Source: Schizochytrium sp. TIO01
Taxonomy: Eukaryota; Protista; Bigyra: Labyrinthulomycetes
NCBI GenBank assembly: GCA_004764695.1
Contig: SMSO01000031.1
Coordinates: 8,786,761-8,850,760 of the forward strand
Direction: 5' to 3'
Length of the DNA: 64,000 nt
Shown: positions 1 to 10,961 of the stretch, in pieces
Position numbering within the stretch: position 1 is the stretch's first letter
Layout: each line of letters begins with the position of its first letter
The notes under the pieces: generated by a model
The model's input: the letters and a program-made list of their open reading frames with translations, nothing else
What the model was told of the DNA's origin: nothing
Database searches by the model: none
Position numbers and translations under genes: made by a program

Positions 1-1
1 A

Positions 2-589
2 CGCCAAGCACAGCTTGAGAAAGAACGTACAACTCGTGGACGAAGGTTGCAAGAAAAAGAAACCCCGCCTACTTGCTATGATGGCAAAGCGTCTGATGGT
101 TTTGATACCGATGTTGACTGTGGTGGTGAGTGTCGCGATATTGAAGCTCTTGATCACGGGCTTCCATTTCTCTTAAGGTGCACCTTTGCGCAAAAGTGTA
201 ATGTGAACAGTGATTGCATTAGCGGGTCATGCGAAAGCAATCACTGTGCAGCTCAAACTCCTCTACAGTTTTCTAGCTCGGAGCAGCTCATGCGTTACAT
301 GCACAAGGCTTTTTTCCAGATCAGCGCTGATAAAAATTCGACAATGCTTTCTCCAAGCGATGTGAGTCGCTTTTTCAGTCTTGCGTTGAATCCTGACCAG
401 GTTTCGTTAACTACCGCTCAATCAGAAATTGTAGAAACCGCTCTTGCGGATTACCAGCTTAAGCAAGGCTTAGTTAATTCCACCATGCCACTTGCATATG
501 GTTTTCTCACGCGGGGTGCAAGTGTGGAGGTTGCAGAAACAATCATTGCTGCCAATAAGGCTCTTTCGCAGACTCGCCGCGAGCTGTGA
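2..589 (+). CDS. 3' part of a cysteine-rich repeat protein (5' end lies outside the window)
   Basis: Frame is open from position 2. Contains TCYDG..DTDVDCGGEC followed by C-x5-C-x5-C-x4-C-x4-C, a Cys-rich extracellular repeat known from myxobacteria and protists, preceded by RRLQ. Confidence 0.7.
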   Translation, partial: RQAQLEKERTTRGRRLQEKETPPTCYDGKASDGFDTDVDCGGECRDIEALDHGLPFLLRCTFAQKCNVNSDCISGSCESNHCAAQTPLQFSSSEQLMRYMHKAFFQISADKNSTMLSPSDVSRFFSLALNPDQVSLTTAQSEIVETALADYQLKQGLVNSTMPLAYGFLTRGASVEVAETIIAANKALSQTRREL

Positions 590-1119
590 TCCTTTACTGT
601 ACTTGCGGTCGTGTTCTTGATGCCCAGTTTTGAATTCTAGCCAAACGTGTTCACACAACTCCTAGATATGCGCGATGCCCTTGTCAGTCTTGCCGTCTCT
701 TCATCTCCTTTGCTTTGTTTTTGCTTTCGTTGTCATAAATTACTTTCTTAGAAGGAGTCAAAGCAACGAAAATTTTTCACATTTTATGTCTACACTTTTA
801 CAACACAATGCAAAACACATGCGTGGTGAGACATTTACCTCTATATAAATTTGAATAATTAGGTTATGGCTCAAAGTTAAGACCGAAAACGACACATATT
901 GTAAATTTGCTCAAAGGGATTATGATTATCCTTTCTTGTAAAGAAGTGAATTACAAAGACGACAAATATATGTTTTTTAGATAAACGACGCTTTTTATTT
1001 TTGTACTAGGTGAGTGGACAGCAAGTTAATTAACCTACTGCCAGCTGTCGGCTATCATATTCACGCAAATACCCGCCGGGGTTTTTTGAGATATCACGAT
1101 GTTCGCTGACGTGGTTTAC

Positions 1120-1971
1120 CTATGGCAAAATGCTTTCCACAATCTTTACAACGACATCTATGGGAGCGTTGGTAAACATGGTCGCAGGGTACATACACTC
1201 ACCCCAGCTTGGGTGGAGGGCAACGTGGCATCCGCCGGCCGCAAAGGTAGGGAAATTGCGTAAACGAACAAGTCCATTAATATCCGGGTACACGGTGTTG
1301 CCATTTGACAGCATGGGAAGACCACAACACGGATCGGTGAAGTCAGCCCAGTAACCTTTAGCCTTGGTCGCTTCCGCAAATCGCTCAGCGAGGCGCACAA
1401 ATCGCTCCAAGCAGTCATCTTTAATCTTGGCAGTTTCCTCATTCACTGCAAGAGTGCTCAGAAGTGTTTTTTGCACAGTAGGCACAACCTTAAAGTCAGC
1501 AGGGTTAAACTTGTGCTGCTTCAATGCGTCGCGAAAGACGACTTTCAGGTCCCGGATCAGTGATCGTGGGGCCTCGTGAATGGAGAGGTCCCAGGTGGTG
1601 TCTTCAAGAACGAACGAGAACAACTGTTCCTGCAACGATGGAGATTTCGTTTCGTCGCTCGAGCTATTAATCGAGGTAGAACTCGTGCTTGATGCGTGAG
1701 CTGTCGGGGAGGCAGGTAGACCAGCAACGATGCGCATGTCTTCCACACCTTCGACCACAAGGTCGAATTCGTCCTGGACATCTTCTGCACCATCACTGAT
1801 GACATCTTCATCTTGGGGGGCAAGCATCGCCTTGAAGACCTCCTCTTTCATGGACTCAGAAAGAACAGAGCTGCTGAAGAGGAGATCGTCTTCGCTGTTT
1901 TCCACATGGTCCACAGTGTTGTTCTCCTTGTTGTTGACACTAACCACGTCAAGGCGGTTATTGGAGGCCAT
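1120..1971 (-). CDS. MMADHC: Cobalamin trafficking protein CblD/MMADHC homolog
   Basis: C-terminal motifs LERF, GYWADFTDPCCGLP, GGCHVALHPSWG and YPATMFTNAP match the MMADHC family. First ATG is at 1971, followed by an acidic low-complexity N-terminus. Confidence 0.9.
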   Translation of the reverse strand: MASNNRLDVVSVNNKENNTVDHVENSEDDLLFSSSVLSESMKEEVFKAMLAPQDEDVISDGAEDVQDEFDLVVEGVEDMRIVAGLPASPTAHASSTSSTSINSSSDETKSPSLQEQLFSFVLEDTTWDLSIHEAPRSLIRDLKVVFRDALKQHKFNPADFKVVPTVQKTLLSTLAVNEETAKIKDDCLERFVRLAERFAEATKAKGYWADFTDPCCGLPMLSNGNTVYPDINGLVRLRNFPTFAAGGCHVALHPSWGECMYPATMFTNAPIDVVVKIVESILP

Positions 1972-3475
1972 CTTCAATAGTATATGTTCTACAAAGATGC
2001 GTTTGGCTCTTCCTGTGGCCTCTCCTAAGTCCTCCCAGACTTCCACAGCTCAAGACCTCTCAAGCGTCGCTTGCCACGCACTTGAAGTCGTTAAGGTTTT
2101 GGCAGGTTATATATGAGCAACTAGTGCTGATGACGTGATTTGAGACGCCTGCCGGTGTGATTTCCCCGAGGTCGTGCTTCGTCTCTGCAAAATCAAGTTT
2201 CCTCTCGAAAAGGTTTTACACAGTCTCCCCGGTGTTTTCCGTGTCTCCACGAGTCTCTTTGGCGTCCAGACCGCGCTTCAAGGGGCCCGGAACTGGTGTT
2301 GAAGTTCTGCGCTGGAGGCGTCTCGAGCGCGAGCGGTGCATAGGACTCCCCTACCTTTCCATAGGACTTCTGGTTCACTCATTCATTTCTTTTTCTTTCT
2401 TTCCCTGCTTTACCCAAAAACAGCAACAAACAAACAAAGAAAAATACTTAAATAAATTATTATTAGAAGAAAAAAAAACACTCACCACCAGAGAGACTTT
2501 TTTTCTTTTTCTTTTCTTTCCTTCCTTCCTAATATCCCTATAGTTTAGCCTATGAGGCGCCTGAAGTTCTTCTTCTAGGGGTCCTAGGGCTTCGCTAGCC
2601 AGAATTGGCGCCTCGTGTCTCCAGCGGCCGTCCTTTCCTTCTTAGAAGTAGCGGCGCAGGGCCGCTTTTCGATGGAATGCTCGCTCATTCCACGTGCCTT
2701 CGAGCGCTGCAGAGGCTCTGGGCACCTCGTTTGGGTCGGCGGCACCGTCTCCGCCATTGATTGTGCAGGCCCCGAGAGGTGCTGCACATAGGTGACGTAC
2801 CAACAGCAGCAACACACCAACCAAATAAACAAACAAAACAGCATCAATCATATGATTGATTGATAAAGTAAGTAAATAAATAAATAAATAAATAAATAAA
2901 AGCAGAGACTACGTTGTTTATTTACATACATCATCGAAGAGTCAACACTAAGTAATAATAGACTAATGAACTACCAATGAAAAGCAATCAATCACCATCA
3001 CAGTTCCCTTTTTTTTTTTTCTTTTTTTCTTTTTTTCTTTTTTCTTGTTCTGTGAGTTCTCTGCGTCTCATATGTATACAGAATTGCACTCAAATACTCC
3101 GAAACGCGATGCTCTATAAGCACTCGGAACTCATGGGCTGTTGTCCACGTATGTATTTGTGTATGTGTGTATGTATGTATCCTTATCGAGCTAGCCAGCT
3201 ACTACACAGGGCGATTGATATACAGACAGACTCGCAGCATAGCATAGCAATCAATCCCAGTTGCCGCGATGGGCTTCAGGCGCCGTGGTGCGTCAGCAGC
3301 TGTGCCGCCACCGGAGAGGTGGATGCAGGTAGCTAGCTAGCTACCACTACCAGGCAGCGCCTGTTACTTCTGCTTCTACCACCACCACCAGCTTCAGCGT
3401 CGGCTTAGCTTCTTCCTCGTGGCCCGTTGGCTTCCGCAATGGCGTCAACGATCTCCAAGAACTTGGAGCTAGCTA

Positions 3476-3497
3476 GCTTGCTTGCTTGTTTGCTTGT

Positions 3498-3557
<60 letters not shown>
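3476..3557. repeat. (GCTT)n tetranucleotide microsatellite
   Basis: About 20 near-perfect tandem copies are visible. Confidence 0.95.
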
Positions 3558-3558
<1 letters not shown>

Positions 3559-3670
3559 AAGCTAGGTAGCCAGCTTTCGCGAGGTCCCTACTGATCAGAA
3601 CTATCACATGCATCTCCATTCGCTGACAGAATGTGAATGTGATGAGTTGTCGCTCGCCCAGCTGGATGAA

Positions 3671-3704
3671 CTCGACTCGACTCGACTCGACTCGACTCGA
3701 CTCG
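3671..3704. repeat. (CTCGA)n pentanucleotide microsatellite
   Basis: Six to seven tandem copies are visible. Confidence 0.9.
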
Positions 3705-6700
3705 CATCCATCGAACGGGTCGTTCACCCAATCAGCCAATCGCTCGAGCCCGCATTTGTCAGGGCCCGTCCATGAAGACGGATGGGAAGTCTTGTCCTGA
3801 GAGACCTTGGCGAGGCTGGATTCCGAGCGAGGAAGTCGCTGCTGCCGAACCCTGAGGAAGAACCTGTTGGTTGCATAAAACTCGATGACGACGCAGACGC
3901 CACGAGTGGTGGCGCCAGTGTGCGCCAGCTACGCCGTGCTTAGTCTGTGCTGCTACGAGTTTGCTCGAGGCAAGCAAACTACCAAGTGCTTTACATTAAT
4001 TATCAAACGGAGACACCACCGCCGCCGCCGCCGCAAGTTGAGCAGGGCCTCGAACTTGAAGCACGCGCTCAACCTGACGAAGAGTAAGGCATGCGCAACA
4101 GAAGCAGACCAATGAGACAAACAATCCCAACTTCACCCATTCAAGCGGTTTGATTCGATCTCGAGCTCTCCACCCACCGACTTACCATCGATTCCCATAA
4201 TTTCTTGGCTCATCGTACGTAGAAAGTCTCTAGTGCACAAGTGCACAAGCAGCTAGTCCGCTGTGCTCTCTGCGACCTCAGCCGATTACCGACTGCAACA
4301 GCTCATCACCTGTTACGAGTTCTCGCAGAATCTGCGTGCCAGCCACAAGATTCACAGTTGAAGATCAGATCTCGTCGCAGACTGGATAGATGGGCGGTGC
4401 CACTGGTGGACTTTGCCGAGCGCTAAGCTCTCGCTCGTTACCGTTGGCAGCCTCGTAGCACTTGAACAGACTTCGAGACAGCCGGCGCTCCACTTTGCAT
4501 CTCGTAGCCTTCTCGCACCACAAGCAAGCACATCGAGCTTGATCGTCCTCGAGGTGCCCGAAGGAGGCAAGTGGGCTGGCTGGGTCGGCGGTGTTTTCCT
4601 TGCAGAACCAATGCATTGCTCGCATCGCAGTCTCGTTATTCTTTCCTTCACTTTTGAGAGCGTCCATGGAGGGCGGGCTTGACAAAGCCGACGCTAGAAC
4701 GTCTCACAGGCGCTACTGAGGTTGCTTATGGTCCTGGCCACCCATGCGGTCCGTTCCCATGCTTGCTTGTTGTTTCCTCACAGCGCCTGTGAACCCACCA
4801 CCCGGTCACCCGGCACTTTGGGACGCTACGACTGGTCGTCGTCGCGTGCAAAACGAAGGGAGGGCCGGAATCCGCAGGCGGTCATCGCCACGCTTTCCGA
4901 GACGTCTCCGCGGAGCTCCTTCGCCGCATCCATCCCTCAATCGCCTGCTCCCAGGCTTTCTTTCTCACAGCTTGACTTGCTGCACATAAACCACTCACTC
5001 AAGCTGCGTCTGGCTGGGTCTTCAAGGCACGACGAGAGGCGCGCTCTCTCTGCCACTCATTCACGTCGCCGACGAATTGCTCTTCAGGCTCTTCGACGTG
5101 TGCTCGGAACTGCCTCGGCGACTGTGCCGGAACGGTGCAGGGACGCTTGTTTGCATTCTCAAGCCCGGCTTTCACCGGCCTTCGTTTCGGAAACCTTGCT
5201 GTTGCTCGCTGTAGCCTCGCTCAGGAGCTGCAACTTGAGATTGACTTGTCCTTGTCTCCGTCCTTGAGCTTAAACTTGGTCTTCGTTTTACTAATCGTTG
5301 CTGGCCTTTTGGTCCTTGTTTTGCGAGCCAGCCAAGCTGGCCAATCGCCACAAAGCTGATCTGCGCCAGCCAGTTCATCGCAAGCAGAAAGGCCGCGGTC
5401 GGCATAGTGCTGAAGACTCATGATGGCTTCGAGTTCGTTCTTCGTTTCAGCAGAGCAAGAACTCACAGCGGCCGAGGACGGCGATGTTTTAGGGGCTTCT
5501 GGTGATTCGCGATGCGCGCTCGCACTCGCACTCTTGCCGTGAATGAAGGAGATCGAGATCGGAATCGAGATTGATGGAGTTGGACACCATCCATAAAACG
5601 GCAGCGACGCCTCGATGTGAGATACTAGGGCACCTTGGCGTCTTCGAGGTGTTTCCTGAGCTGTTCTTGGGGTGGTGGTCAATCCTTGGGTTCTTTAGTG
5701 CGTGGGCCATTGGCAAGGACGAGTGCTTGCTTTGTCTCCTTGGAATTAGGTTTCATTGATTGAACGTTACGGTTGTCGGAACTTGAAGATATAATTTTCT
5801 GAGGGACTTCTGGGAATGGAACAACCCGCGCCGCCGCGGATAACAGTTAGGCACTACTTCTTCTAGGTAGAAGGATACTACGACTATGACATCGTAGTGG
5901 AGGCGTCCCTGATCGCTGACTAGGTTGGATTCGACTGCCTGCCTTTGTATTCTGAGGGCTCGTTTAAGTAAGAGCCGGGTGCCCCAGAGGAGTGGTATCT
6001 TGTGATAAAAGGAGTACTTTTGTGCTTTCTTTCCGAGAAATTGTGTGTGTTCTTCTTGTCGAGCATGCAGGCTACGAGGCCAAGGGCGTTCATAGTAACT
6101 TGACTTTTAGCAATGTCAGATTGGTGAGGTGGGAGGGTGTGTGGGAGGGTGTGCGAAATTGAGAAAGAAGCGGGGGGAGATCCTCGTTGATAGCTAGCTC
6201 TACAGCATGCATGTAGAAACAGAGATGAGCTATGGTCTAACCTTACAACAATTGGGACTGGTTATGTTCTGCAAAACGTCGCTGACCCAGGAAGTAACTC
6301 GATCAAGAAAAGCATTGGCATTGATGAGCCCTGCATGCTTTTGATGGTTGCACAAGTCGCTCGCTCCCATCTGAAGCACCCCGTGATTCAACAGGTGATT
6401 CACTAAGACTCTAAGGTGCAAACTCATAGAAGCTGCATAAGCCATCTCCCTCTGTTACCATTCTTCTGTACTAGTATGTACATCACAGTAACAGCAGAGA
6501 TTGCTGAGTGTGCAACACTTCAGCGATAAAAGCTTCTATTCAAGCTGCTATAAATGAATTATCTGTCAATTTTTATTTATGCGTCATGTAACGAAATGCT
6601 CTAACTTTATCTGGACGAGTCACAAATTTAGGAATCAAGCATAAATTGCAATAATCTTGCACAGCGAAAATAAACTCCCATGATTAAATACAGTTACCGT

Positions 6701-8173
6701 ACAGCTCTGTGTACGTCCTCACTTCATCTTCAAGATGTCATAAATATACGTGACCTTGATAAAGCGCACCAACAGATTTCTTGTAGAGGCTTTGGAAATC
6801 AACATGAGCCTTCAGAGCATGACGAATCTCCTATTTCTGAAGTGAACAAATGATTACTACATAAGGTGCAAAGGTTACTATTTATGACATGTTTATCAAC
6901 AGATGCTCCTCCAAGTTTGCTAAAATCCTGTCTTCAATAGCGATATCCAGGACCTTATTCCCTGTACAGACCTACAACTGACAACAACAACAAAAAAGCG
7001 ACGACTACTATAACAAAAATAAGCAAGAATATTGTGGCGGCTATAGTAATTTGTTACGATAGTTCGTTCTGTAAATTTGCAATTGCCTGTAAGCATAGTA
7101 AGCATAGTAACAATACGAAAAGGTCAACATCAAATCTCAAGAACCACGTATGTCCATATCCTCCTTTCTGTTTAAAACCAAATAATTTAATTAATTAGGA
7201 GAAAAATATTGATCAAATAATCAGTCAAATTCAAAATCGGCAGCTCGACTCCCTTCAAATTACACCTTAATTCATGATTTATTGGAATCGTAATCTCGTA
7301 TGCGTACTCTGGTAGTTCAAAATGGCCCAAGTCTTCTTTCATTCTGCCACTACTACTCAGAGGCAGCCCCTTTAACTCCTTACACTTACGCCAGTTTTTA
7401 ATCACTCACGATGCTCCGTGACTTAATGACTGCAGCCCAAAAGTCGCGGTGTTTTCAGAACTATGAGCTACCCTTTTATGTAACAGAGGTACGTTTTCAA
7501 TTCGAGCGGGGGTATAATACACTCATATCTTCTTTGTACCTCAAATATTCGTTTTTGTTTACTACTTTCCCTTTCAAGTTCTTTTTAATTAAAATTTTAA
7601 TATATATTAAAAAAGTGATTTATTTAACAATTCAGTATTTACTTCGTGGAAATTAGAGAAGAAAGAAAAGTTATTATTTTAATTAAAAAAAATTAAAAAT
7701 AAAAGCCTCTCATATTATTTTCCCAAAAGCCCAACTCTGCATCATCATGCAAGCTAAGTATCCTGAACAGCATGTGGTCTCGACGGTCGCGTTGATGAGC
7801 TACTTGCTCAGCCAATACCCGGACAACACCTTCAATTTCAAATTAGGCGAGTCATCTTTCATTTTGTGTTTATAATTTTTAGCACTGGAAACAAAAGAGG
7901 AGTAAATTTAGTGGAGTCTAGTAGATGATTGGAAGGTGCTACCAGAGGACTTTGAGTATTCAGCAGAGCGAATGTAATACTATTGACAGAGAAAGACGAA
8001 AGTAGATTTTTCTTTCTTCCACTGGCACGTGCCTTGTTTTAGTTCTTCTCTCCAAGAAAAGAGAAAGCAATAGCCCTGCAAAACGCTGACGGTGATGATC
8101 AAACACGCGGCGGTAGGGCAAGCGACCAAAACTTAAACGCGGTTTCTCTGCTGTCGCATCAGTAGGGAGAACC

Positions 8174-9733
8174 ATGCTACCCTCTTCTTCGTCCAGCCGT
8201 CCTCCTCCACTGACTCAGGAAGATATCAGTCAAATGTCTGTGGAGGAGCTCATCGTTCTTGTTGAGGACGACAAACGTATGCTAGAGCTTATTCAACATA
8301 AAGGCTTGATTCGAAAGTTAACCCTTCAAATTTTCGCTTTTACCAACGAACGAAGCCTCCTCCCAAATAAGGATCAAGCTGCAAACGACGACTTTTCAGA
8401 AGAGTTAACCCAGAGAATCACGGATTTGCAAAGGTCTACAACCAATTGGGGTCACTTCGCTCAAGATCCAGCAAGGATCGAAGCCAAGCGAATCTATTCA
8501 ACAACGACGAAAAGGAACCGTGAAGACGTAGAGAATGAAGACGATCCGGACCGCGAAGACTCATACGATGGTGGAGCAAAGCGAGCCGCCATGAGCCAAT
8601 CCGCTGCCGAGGAAGATCAAGCTGCAAACGACGCATTTTCCGATGAATCAATCCAGAAAAGTTCAAATTCCAAAGACACTACAACCATCTGGAAACCCTC
8701 TTCTTCGTCCAGCCGTCCTACTTCACTGACTCCGGAAGTTATCAGCCAAATGTCTGCGGAGGAGCTCATCGCTCTCGTTGATGACGACGAGCGGATGACA
8801 GAGGCTATTCAAGATAGACATTTGAAGAGAAAGCTGCGTTTTCACATTGAACAGCTTGGTGATGAAGGAAGCCTTCTTCCAGATGAAGATCAAGATGCAA
8901 ACGACGCCTGCAGCGACAAGTTACTTCAGAGAATTTTGGATTTGCAAAGGTCTACAACCATCTGGGATCACTTCGCTCAAGATCCAGCAAGGATCGAAAC
9001 CAAGCGAATCTATTCAACAACGACGAAAAGGAACCGTGAAGACGTAGAGAATGAAGACGATCTGGACCGCGAAGACTCATACAATGGTGGAACAAAGCGA
9101 GCCGCCAAGAGCCAGTCCCCTGCCGAAAGTTCTACACAAAGCGAGACGCCGAGGAGCCAAGAAATCCCGTCATCCCAAAGGACGCAAGCAACGACAATGG
9201 TCCCTGAATACTTCATGCCACTCTATGCCAGAACTTGGAAAATCGAGGAGGAAAAGGGGTCTGCTGCTGCAATTAAACTGTTCTCCAGAAAACGAGCAAT
9301 GTTCATCGATAAATGTTATGCTCTGAACAGCCGTGCGTATGATTCTTTCGAAGAATCTCAAGTTCGTGAATACATGCTGAAGATATTGTGGTATGTTTTA
9401 CAGGCTGGAATGAAGAAGATTCTACCCGATGTGATAACAGACGCAAACGCAGAAAACATGGTGATCGGCGTGGACATGAAAGCTAATATCCAAGTTGCAG
9501 CGTCTTTTTTCCATCAACGGGTCGTTTTGGGAATATCTGTCAGGGATCGCGTTAAGGAGGAAAAGATTCGTATCAGATTAAGAAAGATAGGAGAAAATGA
9601 GACTGGGGCCAAAGCGGACAGGCGTGATTCTCTAAGTGATGCTCTAAGCAATCTGTTAACTAATGCATTAATGACGATGCTCGAGTGCAGTACACCTGAA
9701 ACCTTTAAAGCAACATCCTATCCAGCTGATTAA
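8174..9733 (+). CDS. Crinkler-like effector, N-terminal part: two tandem SAM-like header repeats plus the start of a restriction-endonuclease-fold domain
   Basis: 519-aa ORF with an internal duplication (offset 516 nt). The repeat pattern ISQMSxEELIxLV...EGSLL resembles a SAM fold. The C-terminal KAD...LECSTP resembles the PD-(D/E)xK core. Confidence 0.6.
   Translation: MLPSSSSSRPPPLTQEDISQMSVEELIVLVEDDKRMLELIQHKGLIRKLTLQIFAFTNERSLLPNKDQAANDDFSEELTQRITDLQRSTTNWGHFAQDPARIEAKRIYSTTTKRNREDVENEDDPDREDSYDGGAKRAAMSQSAAEEDQAANDAFSDESIQKSSNSKDTTTIWKPSSSSSRPTSLTPEVISQMSAEELIALVDDDERMTEAIQDRHLKRKLRFHIEQLGDEGSLLPDEDQDANDACSDKLLQRILDLQRSTTIWDHFAQDPARIETKRIYSTTTKRNREDVENEDDLDREDSYNGGTKRAAKSQSPAESSTQSETPRSQEIPSSQRTQATTMVPEYFMPLYARTWKIEEEKGSAAAIKLFSRKRAMFIDKCYALNSRAYDSFEESQVREYMLKILWYVLQAGMKKILPDVITDANAENMVIGVDMKANIQVAASFFHQRVVLGISVRDRVKEEKIRIRLRKIGENETGAKADRRDSLSDALSNLLTNALMTMLECSTPETFKATSYPAD
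8180..9126 (+). repeat. Intragenic tandem duplication (about 8180-8610 and 8696-9126) with a partial third copy at about 8612-8692
   Basis: Long identical stretches shared by both copies, e.g. CACTTCGCTCAAGATCCAGCAAGGATCGAA and AAGCGAATCTATTCAACAACGACGAAAAGGAACCGTGAAGACGTAGAGAATGAAGACGA. Confidence 0.95.
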
Positions 9734-10961
9734 TGACTATTACGCCCAGGTCTGGGCACCTAGAAACAAGGAGGCTGCACAAGAGGCAAATCCTGAAAAA
9801 TACGAGGATTTTAGAAAGGTGATTGAAGATAATATACCGAAACGTAATCCTCCTCTCAACGCGAGTTGTTCCCAAACACAGAATAACCTTTCTATAGGGA
9901 GTCCCGTTGCCCAACTATGTCTTTACATGGTGTCTACAGGCATGAATTTTGGTGCACTGACGAATGGCCCGAAGACATACTTTTTCCGTCGCCATGCCAA
10001 CGCACGGACTGTTGAGGTGAGCGAAGCTTTTTACTCAAATAGAAACGATGCCGAAGGTCATAAGAATCCAGGGGACTGGTCACTTGGTCAAGCGTGGCTC
10101 GTTTTCCTCTATCATGCACTCAAAGATCACAACCCCGCCCGTGACGCAGACTTGAATTGGCTAAGGGATACGAGTGTAGTCACAGGTGAAACCATCGACC
10201 AGATTCAAAGTGGCAAAGTCAATGTTTCAGCAAGTGTTACAGAATATCCTTATGAAGGTAGTGCTAGTGCCGGTGCTAACAGTACAAGGGGAAATAGCAC
10301 TTCTAGAAGGGCAAGCAGATTTAGAAGTTATGGAACACAGAGAGATCCAACCGTTTTGACTGCGTTTCAACTGGGCCCTTACTTGGAGACCCCCAATATG
10401 CGAGCTGTTTTGGGGGATAAAGCTATCGGATATCCGGACATCATGATCAACGGCGTCTCTAGTTTCGTCAAGACGACTTACGCTCTGCATGATTCTGCAT
10501 ATGCACTTGAGCATGAGGGCAAAGTATACGCAGCTCTGCACACGCTACAGGGTGACGTAGTACCGCGGGTGACAGCTTGCGGTCTCGATGAGAAACTAAA
10601 CCTGGTAGTTTTTGCGACAGAACAGTGTGGTACATCACTGTGCGATCTACAGACGCGAGAATTAGAAGAGTACGGTGGACTTGATAAACTGTACTGGAAG
10701 GCTGCTTTGGCTCTTGAAAAAATTCATAAGGCTGGCTTCATCCATGGAGATGTGGCATTGCGCAATATCGTTGTCGATGATGCTAGCAATGTGAGGTTTA
10801 TCGACCTGGAGCGCAGCAAGAAATCTCGCAGCGAAGCCCTCCGCGAAGAGGACTTTGACCTGCTTGCGGACGCATTTGACGTTGACTATACTAGGGACTT
10901 CCGGACTTTGTCAAGGACCAACAATATAGAGGCGCATGCAGAGAGCAACGAAATTGTCTAA
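9675..10961 (+). CDS. Crinkler-like effector, C-terminal part: rest of the REase-fold domain plus a kinase-like domain; overlaps the upstream ORF in the +1 frame
   Basis: AQLCLYM...FGALTNGPKTYFFRR is the QxxxYM/GxLT REase signature. Kinase motifs: VK, LEHEGKVY..L..LQG..VP, IHGDVALRNI, IDLERS. The frame is open from 9675 with no early ATG. Confidence 0.75.
   Translation, partial: RCSSAVHLKPLKQHPIQLINDYYAQVWAPRNKEAAQEANPEKYEDFRKVIEDNIPKRNPPLNASCSQTQNNLSIGSPVAQLCLYMVSTGMNFGALTNGPKTYFFRRHANARTVEVSEAFYSNRNDAEGHKNPGDWSLGQAWLVFLYHALKDHNPARDADLNWLRDTSVVTGETIDQIQSGKVNVSASVTEYPYEGSASAGANSTRGNSTSRRASRFRSYGTQRDPTVLTAFQLGPYLETPNMRAVLGDKAIGYPDIMINGVSSFVKTTYALHDSAYALEHEGKVYAALHTLQGDVVPRVTACGLDEKLNLVVFATEQCGTSLCDLQTRELEEYGGLDKLYWKAALALEKIHKAGFIHGDVALRNIVVDDASNVRFIDLERSKKSRSEALREEDFDLLADAFDVDYTRDFRTLSRTNNIEAHAESNEIV

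Noticed and set aside
2050-2400. Cobalamin riboswitch upstream of MMADHC
   Set aside because: No B12-box or conserved core motifs are recognisable on the minus strand.
4365-4685. Possible BED zinc finger or hAT transposase fragment (HWF...CACLWC)
   Set aside because: The distal His ligands, the transposase catalytic core and terminal inverted repeats were not found.
9704-9710. TTTAAAG -1 ribosomal slippery site
   Set aside because: The phase is wrong: joining the two ORFs needs a +1 (or -2) shift.
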